Virus record (IMG/VR): IMGVR_UViG_3300002835_000041
Coordinates: 1-64,000 of that record
Source: a virus
Strand: one strand, 5' to 3'
Length of the DNA: 64,000 bases
The position numbers and the translations under genes were made by a program. Below, one piece after another: positions 55,574-61,617 of the stretch. Within the stretch, counting starts at the first letter, position 1; every line of letters starts with the position of its first letter. The notes under the pieces were generated by a model. It saw only the letters and a list, made by a program, of their open reading frames with translations. It made no database searches and had not been told where the DNA came from.

Positions 55574-55843
55574 ATGAATGAACAAATTAAAAGAGCACTA
55601 GCGTCATATGGAAGATCAGTTCTTGGAGCAGCAACAGCAATGTATGCCTCTGGAGTGACAGATCCACAGACACTAGCATACTCACTACTTGGAGCACTTG
55701 TCCCCGTAGTATTGAGAGCAGCCAACCCTAATGACTTGGCATTTGGCAAGATGCCAGATGTTAAAGAGGTTGAGGTAGCACTAAAGACTGCTAAGGTAGT
55801 TAAGAAGGCACCAGCAAAGAAAACAGCAGTAAAAAAGAAGTAG
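55574..55843 (+). CDS. Holin-like membrane protein with a Lys-rich tail
   Basis: SD AGGAGG; ALASYGRSVLGAA...LLGALVPVVLRAANP; tail KKAPAKKTAVKKK. Confidence 0.55.
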   Translation: MNEQIKRALASYGRSVLGAATAMYASGVTDPQTLAYSLLGALVPVVLRAANPNDLAFGKMPDVKEVEVALKTAKVVKKAPAKKTAVKKK

Positions 55844-55855
55844 TATAATAGATAC

Positions 55856-55970
55856 TATTCCGCTATGAGACTTTAAAAGGTTTTACAACGGATGTTCCCT
55901 TGATGGGAAAGTTAGCAGGAGTTGAATCTTCGTGGCTAATAGACCTGAGCAGTCGTCTATAAACTGCTCA
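55856..55970 (+). ncRNA. Candidate structured small RNA (three hairpins plus a terminal pseudoknot, copy 2)
   Basis: TATAAT at 55844-49 upstream, no ORF. Stems TCCG/CGGA, TTCCC/GGGAA, TTAGC/GCTAA; pseudoknot ATAGAC/GTCTAT plus GAGCAG/CTGCTC. Confidence 0.55.
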
Positions 55971-55991
55971 TTTCTTATGCTATAATATTAA

Positions 55992-56043
55992 TACCTGCCC
56001 AAATGGGGGGTAAATTAACTTATTCGCTTGAAAGGGGAATAAA
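55992..56043 (+). promoter_or_regulatory. Two-hairpin 5' UTR of hsp20 with the SD occluded (RNA-thermometer-like)
   Basis: Promoter TGCTATAAT at 55978-86. TTATTC (56020-25) pairs with GAATAA (56037-42), enclosing AAGGGG with a G-G mismatch. Confidence 0.55.
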
Positions 56044-56448
56044 ATGGTAAAAACAGCATTGGATCTTTTTAATGATCCATTTTTCAATACCTTCTCAAAT
56101 CTACAGAAGGTAACAACAACAACAAACTATCCACCTTATAACCAAATCAAACTAAATGATACAGAGTATATTCTTTCATTTGCTTTGGCTGGATTTTCTA
56201 AGGATGATGTCTCAGTATCGCTAGACAATCGCAAACTTACAATCAAGGGCGAAAAGCAGGATGCTGAGTTACCAGAGGGTGCAGAGTATCTACATAAGGG
56301 CATTGCTGCTCGTAAGTTTACTGATATCTTTACCCTTCCTGAGTTTGTTGAGGTGGTTGGGGCTGAGTTTAAGGATGGTATCTTAGATATCAAACTTGAG
56401 AAGCAGATCCCAGAAGACAAACTACCAAAAACAATCGCAATTAAGTAG
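56044..56448 (+). CDS. Small heat-shock protein (Hsp20/IbpA-like)
   Basis: NYPPYN, FALAGFSKDDV, YLHKGIAARKF, FKDGILDI. Confidence 0.95.
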   Translation: MVKTALDLFNDPFFNTFSNLQKVTTTTNYPPYNQIKLNDTEYILSFALAGFSKDDVSVSLDNRKLTIKGEKQDAELPEGAEYLHKGIAARKFTDIFTLPEFVEVVGAEFKDGILDIKLEKQIPEDKLPKTIAIK

Positions 56449-56460
56449 TACAATATAAAT

Positions 56461-56545
56461 GTCCCCACACAGGACCTTAGTGATGGATTAGTTACCCATT
56501 GGATAGAGACCGTGGCGCAAGTCAGGTGAATTGCCTGTGTGGGGC
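56461..56545 (+). ncRNA. Candidate ~85-nt small RNA with an 11-bp closing stem
   Basis: TACAAT at 56449-54, 6 nt before G56461. CCCCACACAGG/CCTGTGTGGGG closing stem; internal GCAA-tetraloop hairpin. Confidence 0.6.
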
Positions 56546-56572
56546 TTAATATTTCACGGTATAATATAAGCA

Positions 56573-56845
56573 ATGACTGACAAAGAGTTAGACCATTATA
56601 ACAAGCAAGAGTTTAAGAGGATGCTTGCCAAAATAAAGGAAGATTCTGGCTGTGTAGACTGTGGTGTTGGTAACCATATAATTCTAGACTTTGATCATAT
56701 AAGAGACAAGAAATATAATATATCTAGAATGATCCATGATGGTTTTTCATGGAAGGCTATCAAGAAAGAGATTGAAAAGTGTGAGGTGGTTTGTGCTAAC
56801 TGCCACAGGATCAGGACACACAACAGGCTTAACGGTATGATATAA
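56573..56845 (+). CDS. HNH endonuclease
   Basis: CVDCG, LDFDHI, CEVVCANCHRIRT. Confidence 0.9.
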   Translation: MTDKELDHYNKQEFKRMLAKIKEDSGCVDCGVGNHIILDFDHIRDKKYNISRMIHDGFSWKAIKKEIEKCEVVCANCHRIRTHNRLNGMI

Positions 56846-56852
56846 TTATATA

Positions 56853-56981
56853 ATGCCAAAGAAAAAAGCAACAGCGTTTAATCCTATTCAGATTAAAGAT
56901 GGATGGATTGTTAGACTATACAAAGATGGTCGTATTAAATCTAAGATTGAACCCTACGAACCAAAGCATCCTAAAAAATAA
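56853..56981 (+). CDS. Small basic protein (42 aa), last gene before the strand switch
   Basis: Leaderless promoter TATAAT at 56841-46, ATG at 56853. Confidence 0.55.
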   Translation: MPKKKATAFNPIQIKDGWIVRLYKDGRIKSKIEPYEPKHPKK

Positions 56982-56983
56982 AT

Positions 56984-57379
56984 TTATTTTGTAAGTTTGT
57001 ATGAATAACGGAAACCAATTTTTCCTATATACTTTGACAATCCAGGATAGTATCCATCGAAAAACATTATGTATCTTGGGTGAGTAGAGCATATAAAAGC
57101 AAGTTTTTCAGCATTATTTTTATCTATAGTAAAAAACCAATCATAAAAATGTTTTATTAAAGCATCAAAACCATTTTCTGCAAGTTTACTTTCTACTGGA
57201 ACATTGTATTTAACTAACTCACCAAGCATTATTGTTAGATCAGTTGCTTCTTTAGCCATTACAGACCAATCATCTTTAGAATATGTAGATAGTCTTTCTT
57301 TGCATGCCACAACATTCTGACTGTCTGGCTCTCCCACCATCAATTCTTTCCATAGATCCTTGCATGTTATTGTTTCCAT
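56984..57379 (-). CDS. TipAS-like (antibiotic-recognition) stand-alone domain
   Basis: Helical pattern ending LAFICSTHPRYIMFFDGYYPGLSKYI resembles the TipAS C-terminus; leaderless start at 57379. Confidence 0.6.
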   Translation of the reverse strand: METITCKDLWKELMVGEPDSQNVVACKERLSTYSKDDWSVMAKEATDLTIMLGELVKYNVPVESKLAENGFDALIKHFYDWFFTIDKNNAEKLAFICSTHPRYIMFFDGYYPGLSKYIGKIGFRYSYKLTK

Positions 57380-57407
57380 GCAGTAATTATACACCACAAA
57401 TGATTTG

Positions 57408-57480
57408 TACCCCTGGCAAGAATCGAACTTGCGACGCATGGCTTAGAAGTCCATCGTTCTGTCCACTGAACTACAGAGGT
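57408..57480 (-). tRNA. trnR: tRNA-Arg (UCU)
   Basis: Reverse complement ACCTCTG...CTTCTAA anticodon loop...GTTCGATTC...CAGGGGT. Confidence 0.9.
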
Positions 57481-57484
57481 ATTG

Positions 57485-57557
57485 TATCTCCAACGGAATT
57501 CGAATCCGTGTTGCTGCCGTGAAAGGGCAGAGTCCTAGGCCACTAGACGATGAAGAC
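57485..57557 (-). tRNA. trnE: tRNA-Glu (UUC)
   Basis: Reverse complement with CTGCC-CTTTCAC-GGCAG anticodon arm and TTCGAAT T-loop. Confidence 0.92.
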
Positions 57558-57561
57558 AGAG

Positions 57562-57635
57562 TACACCAGGTAGGACTTGAACCTACGATAACCGAATTAT
57601 GAGTTCGGGGCCTTAACCAACTTGGCTACTGGTGC
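57562..57635 (-). tRNA. tRNA with CAU anticodon (Met or Ile2; not resolved)
   Basis: Reverse complement GCACCAG...CCGAA-CTCATAA-TTCGG...GTTCAAGTC...CTGGTGT. Confidence 0.88.
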
Positions 57636-57641
57636 TAGACC

Positions 57642-57785
57642 TTATTTAATTAGTAAGCCAAAAAATGTACCAAGCAAAAAACATAGGATTCCGAAAGTCG
57701 AATAGTAATATGTTTTCATATGTTGATTAATAATGTAACGCTTTAGTTCTTTTGATATGTTATTTAATTCATCTTGATCTACCAA
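57642..57785 (-). CDS. Small membrane protein (47 aa)
   Basis: SD AGGAGA, TTG start, C-terminal TM FGILCFLLGTFFGLLI. Confidence 0.5.
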   Translation of the reverse strand: MVDQDELNNISKELKRYIINQHMKTYYYSTFGILCFLLGTFFGLLIK

Positions 57786-57796
57786 TTATATATCTC

Positions 57797-57964
57797 CTAA
57801 ATATTTTGAGATGCTTGGAACATAGACTGACCAATAATTTCTGATCTCAGAGCAGCCTGTTGTCTTTCAAATTTAGATAAGTGTGGCTTGGCCTGAACTC
57901 TTTTTTTATTTTTGTTTGCTCTTTTAATCTTATGCTGAGAAACTTTATTGTTTGATTTTTTCAT
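57797..57964 (-). CDS. Small basic protein (55 aa)
   Basis: MKKSNNKVSQHKIKRANKNKKR... Confidence 0.45.
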   Translation of the reverse strand: MKKSNNKVSQHKIKRANKNKKRVQAKPHLSKFERQQAALRSEIIGQSMFQASQNI

Positions 57965-57968
57965 TAGA

Positions 57969-58097
57969 TCACTGGCTTTCTGCTACTTTGTCACAAGGAC
58001 AAATTATGGACTCTGGGAGTTCGTGAACCTTGGTTACAATAGTAATCATGGTTTCACACTCAACACACTTATATACTTTCTTAATTCGTTTGCTCAT
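57969..58097 (-). CDS. Small Zn-ribbon protein (42 aa)
   Basis: CVEC and CPC; promoter TTGACA-N17-TATGAT, 6 nt before the ATG. Confidence 0.55.
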   Translation of the reverse strand: MSKRIKKVYKCVECETMITIVTKVHELPESIICPCDKVAESQ

Positions 58098-58128
58098 AAA
58101 CTAATCATACCATACTGAGGTATGTGTG

Positions 58129-58596
58129 TCAAGATTTGTTTCCATCCCAAGTCCCAATCTTTGTGGTAGGGATTCCGTGCTCTTCCCAAAGCCTAATAAC
58201 ATTTGGATTGTCATCTACGGCATGAAGAATATTCCAATGTTTCTTAATCTGAGTTAAGATATCTTTTTTTACTTCATAGTCTGGCCTATTGTCATCATCT
58301 TTACGCATGTACAGTGCGTGATGGCCGATGTCGTTTTTAGCAAGCCAGCGAGAGGTTAGTCCACGCCAATTTTCTTTTCTTGATGTGACAATTATAATGT
58401 GTCTTTGATCAAAGAATGCCTCATTAAGCATTTGAACTACTTCAAAGTTTGGCAGGGCATCGATAGAAGCCTCATGAAAGGCATCGTAATCCCTATTAGG
58501 ACCACGAACAAGGTGAAGGTATGGATCTACATTGGCTAAGGTGCCATCTACATCAAAGATGACTCCTGGGGTTACAGGACTAGTTCTGATCAACAT
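58129..58596 (-). CDS. HAD-family phosphatase, similar to the T4 Pnk 3'-phosphatase domain
   Basis: IFDVDGTLA, IVTSRKE, MRKDDDNRPDYEVK, AVDDNPNVI. Confidence 0.85.
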   Translation of the reverse strand: MLIRTSPVTPGVIFDVDGTLANVDPYLHLVRGPNRDYDAFHEASIDALPNFEVVQMLNEAFFDQRHIIIVTSRKENWRGLTSRWLAKNDIGHHALYMRKDDDNRPDYEVKKDILTQIKKHWNILHAVDDNPNVIRLWEEHGIPTTKIGTWDGNKS

Positions 58597-58665
58597 GATA
58601 TGTCATAACAAAGTAGCATACGGCATAGCCCACTAGGAATGCTGGAATTAAAAAGAAAATGCTAA

Positions 58666-58839
58666 TCATTCAAAGTCCACCTGTGTTTCAAAAATTTTAG
58701 TCATATAGTTATCCTCTCCTCTTGCAATTTTTGCAGCAGCAATACGCATACCTAAAGCATTTGTAACTGAAGAGTCAATTGGCAACGATTCTATTTCCCT
58801 TGCTATCTCTTCTCGTAATGTCATTTCATCTATACTCAT
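58666..58839 (-). CDS. Small hypothetical protein (57 aa)
   Basis: TTGACA (58874-69)-N17-TATAAT (58851-46)-6 nt-ATG. Confidence 0.55.
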   Translation of the reverse strand: MSIDEMTLREEIAREIESLPIDSSVTNALGMRIAAAKIARGEDNYMTKIFETQVDFE

Positions 58840-58895
58840 ACTTCAATTATACCCTACTTGGCAGGGTATGTCAAAACAAGTGATATAATAATCTT

Positions 58896-59141
58896 ATGAC
58901 AACACCACCAAACTATCAAGGACTATATAACAATGGAGCACTTTATGCCATTGGAGACACAGTTATTACTGATGGAGATCCATACGGTATTGACGGAGCG
59001 TACTTCATTCGAATTAGCAACCCTGGTAATCCAGGATATCCACCTGCAGTGGGTGGAGGAAGTAACGATAACTGGGCACCGTATGGTGTCAAGTCAGTAA
59101 CTGGATCTGGATCTGTGACAGGATCAGGCGCAATAGCCTAA
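58896..59141 (+). CDS. Small CBM5/12-like carbohydrate-binding module protein
   Basis: YNNGALYAIGDTV...YFIR...GYPP...DNW pattern; leaderless promoter at 58884-89. Confidence 0.5.
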   Translation: MTTPPNYQGLYNNGALYAIGDTVITDGDPYGIDGAYFIRISNPGNPGYPPAVGGGSNDNWAPYGVKSVTGSGSVTGSGAIA

Positions 59142-59455
59142 TCTTTATCCCAGTAGGCTTTACCAAACTCATCAAGGTCATCCCAGCCTGAATCAGACAT
59201 GTCAATCTTCATTTTTTCTAAACTTTTCTTCCACGCATCCATATCAATCATATAGTATGTTCCCCACCATTCGTAGGGTTTATTAAGATATTTCCACATA
59301 AAAGCATGGTACTTATATCTCCACCCATACTCTTCGTCTTCGTCCATATTCACACACTTAACAATATGGTTACCAGCAAACTCTCCACACATATTGCCTA
59401 TCCATCGTAATGGCAGTATCTTAGTTCTTTGTGTCTTCGTTGAATGATTTATCAT
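59138..59455 (-). CDS. Hypothetical aromatic-rich protein
   Basis: ORF-track frame; probable start at 59455. Confidence 0.5.
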   Translation of the reverse strand: MINHSTKTQRTKILPLRWIGNMCGEFAGNHIVKCVNMDEDEEYGWRYKYHAFMWKYLNKPYEWWGTYYMIDMDAWKKSLEKMKIDMSDSGWDDLDEFGKAYWDKD

Positions 59456-59532
59456 CTTTAGGTACCCAGACTTTCTTTCCATCTTTCCATACAGGCCAAT
59501 AGCCAAGACTACGCCAGTCCATGGTCATTATC

Positions 59533-59649
59533 TTAGGATCTTTTGGCATTGACACACCAAATCTTTCCATCACTCATTGTTTGATGGGCATTCCAGAACC
59601 AATCGGATTCTTTGCTTAGGCTACATACTTCACATTGATCAACATTCAT
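59533..59649 (-). CDS. Small Cys-containing protein (38 aa)
   Basis: Perfect TTGACA-N17-TATAAT-6 nt-ATG; CEVC. Confidence 0.5.
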   Translation of the reverse strand: MNVDQCEVCSLSKESDWFWNAHQTMSDGKIWCVNAKRS

Positions 59650-60671
59650 ATCTTAATTATATCAGTCGGTGTTCTATGTGTCAAATTATAAAATAGATCT
59701 GCAACATGATGTTGAAAATGAATTCCTGGATGAGCATAGCCAGTTGTCTTTTTGCTATCAATGATTGAGTAATCAGATCCAACTGACCAACAGAAATTAT
59801 CCTTAAACTCAGAGTTGTGATCTGACTTACAAATATCTTGCACAAAAGTATTGCAAGGCTTAATTGATTTGGCAGGAAAGAATGATGTGAAGTTTTTTAA
59901 TTTAAAATCTTTAATATTTAAAAGTTCTTCCATAAGCAAGTTAGTATTTATGTCCCAGGTTGTCCAATATAGTTTTATGCCACTTGTCAAGCAGAATGAT
60001 TCTAGTATGTAAATAGAGTTTATAGAATTTAAAATTAGTTGGTGTGGGGAAGTTGCGTCTTCTACATATTTTTTATCTTTTACTTCCATCAATAAAGAAC
60101 TTTTATACTCATCAATTTTTGGATTGCAGTAGGTCAATTCTAAATGATCCCAATCAGGAAAGTTTTTATCATTTTTTGATTTGTAAAATTCCTTATCAAT
60201 AACAACTACACTTCTAAAAAAGTCTGGAAACAAACAAAAGATTTCTTTTGGCATTTTGTTATTTAGGGAATACTGAATAATATTATTACAAATACTTTCT
60301 ACAGATGCTCCAGGACTGCCCAAATTAACAATGCTTTTATTAATCCTATTACCTAAAAAGTTTGTCCATCTAGCAGGTTCTGGAACTCCAACTCCAAAAG
60401 TTATAGAGCAACCAGATGCAATAACATCTGAATTGTCATCAATTTCTCCACGACAACCAAAACGATTAATCTCGTATGTATTGTGCTCATCAACTGTTCC
60501 AACAAAAGGATCTTTTTGGTTCCACTCTTTAAAGAAAGTATCTTTAGCATATGGTTTAAAGTAGCCAAACTCGCTGGTGTTGGTGAAGTTTTTTATTAGA
60601 TAGTCTTTTTCTTTATCACTTTTTTGATCAAACTTATAAAAACTTAAAATGTCTCTTGTCAGAAAAGTCAT
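59646..60671 (-). CDS. SGNH/GDSL-hydrolase-like protein
   Basis: Block I ASGCSITFG, block II NLGSPGAS, block V HPG...HH. Confidence 0.55.
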   Translation of the reverse strand: MTFLTRDILSFYKFDQKSDKEKDYLIKNFTNTSEFGYFKPYAKDTFFKEWNQKDPFVGTVDEHNTYEINRFGCRGEIDDNSDVIASGCSITFGVGVPEPARWTNFLGNRINKSIVNLGSPGASVESICNNIIQYSLNNKMPKEIFCLFPDFFRSVVVIDKEFYKSKNDKNFPDWDHLELTYCNPKIDEYKSSLLMEVKDKKYVEDATSPHQLILNSINSIYILESFCLTSGIKLYWTTWDINTNLLMEELLNIKDFKLKNFTSFFPAKSIKPCNTFVQDICKSDHNSEFKDNFCWSVGSDYSIIDSKKTTGYAHPGIHFQHHVADLFYNLTHRTPTDIIKI

Positions 60672-60898
60672 TCTTCTCTTCTCCAGTGTATGTATGACTT
60701 TATATATACAAGTCCATACGCTACTGCACTAACAATAAATCCATACTGCTTAGTTACTAGACCATAAACAGTCCATAATGTTTCATTAAATAATAAAACA
60801 AACCAGCCCCAAATTGTTTTTCTTCCAACAAAATAAATTCCAGACACGCCGATAATAGCAAGCACCCAGTGGGCATAGTCGTTAATCCATTGTTCCAT
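60668..60898 (-). CDS. Short PnuC-like membrane protein
   Basis: Three TM segments; RKTIWGWFV..FNETLW..YG pattern; TTGACT-N17-TATACT-6 nt-ATG. Confidence 0.55.
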   Translation of the reverse strand: MEQWINDYAHWVLAIIGVSGIYFVGRKTIWGWFVLLFNETLWTVYGLVTKQYGFIVSAVAYGLVYIKSYIHWRREE

Positions 60899-60937
60899 AT
60901 ATACAGTATACCCTAAAGTAATAGTTTAGTCAAATCT

Positions 60938-61480
60938 TTATATTATTATCTTTTTTTCTAAAAGTTTGTTGTAATAATAATAGCACAAACCAATATTTAG
61001 ATCATCTGACAAATCTTTATTGTAGTCTGGCAAATCTTTGCTTGACTCAACAAAAAAGGGATCTGGCTGTCCGTAATCTCCATCAAAAAGATGATGCTCA
61101 TCTTCCTTAATATCTAATAGTTCTATTAACTTTTTAATTGTAGTGTCTGGGTATTTAACAAGATCATTAAAGTCTATAACATAGTCTGCATGCTCATATA
61201 AAAAACTATAAAGAAGTATGTATTCTGATACAATTTGATTAACTCTTTGCCATGTAACCTCATAAACACCACGATGTTCCGCTGCAATATATGAGGCAAT
61301 GCTGTCTCTAGGATCTCTTGCTATGGTAATTATTACCCTTTGCTTATTGTGATCCTTATCAAATGCCCAATTAATTGTATGAGTTTTTTCAATACGGAAT
61401 CCTGACTCTTTTTCAAAAAGTCTATCAAAATAGTGGGATCCGCTTCTTGGGTATGTGCTTAAATGCGGTTTGTATTTCAC
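60938..61480 (-). CDS. Sulfotransferase family protein (second)
   Basis: 5'-PSB motif STYPRSGSHYF and 3'-PB motif IARDPRDSIAS; probable coupled GTG start at 61480. Confidence 0.7.
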   Translation of the reverse strand: MKYKPHLSTYPRSGSHYFDRLFEKESGFRIEKTHTINWAFDKDHNKQRVIITIARDPRDSIASYIAAEHRGVYEVTWQRVNQIVSEYILLYSFLYEHADYVIDFNDLVKYPDTTIKKLIELLDIKEDEHHLFDGDYGQPDPFFVESSKDLPDYNKDLSDDLNIGLCYYYYNKLLEKKIII

Positions 61481-61602
61481 GACACTAAGCCCATAGATAG
61501 GTGACCAAGGCACACATCAGCAACAATATAGTCGGAATGATTAACGACAATATCAAAATGCGTTGCGTCTTTATCACAAAAAAAACATTTAGACTTCTTC
61601 AT
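61477..61602 (-). CDS. Small Zn-binding protein (41 aa)
   Basis: CFFC and VCLGH; leaderless promoter at 61609-14. Confidence 0.55.
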   Translation of the reverse strand: MKKSKCFFCDKDATHFDIVVNHSDYIVADVCLGHLSMGLVS

Positions 61603-61617
61603 ATAATAATTATACCA

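Noticed and set aside
56461-56545. 85-nt RNA as SRP 4.5S RNA, Y RNA or hammerhead ribozyme
   Set aside because: Contains GUCAGGU but not the following GNRA hairpin and AGCAG of SRP helix 8; no tRNA-like T arm; no CUGAUGA/GAAA core on either strand.
43908-57635. Identical anticodon stems (CCGAA/TTCGG) in tRNA-Asn and the CAU tRNA as evidence of anticodon switching
   Set aside because: The acceptor, D and T arms are unrelated; a 5-bp match is too little evidence.
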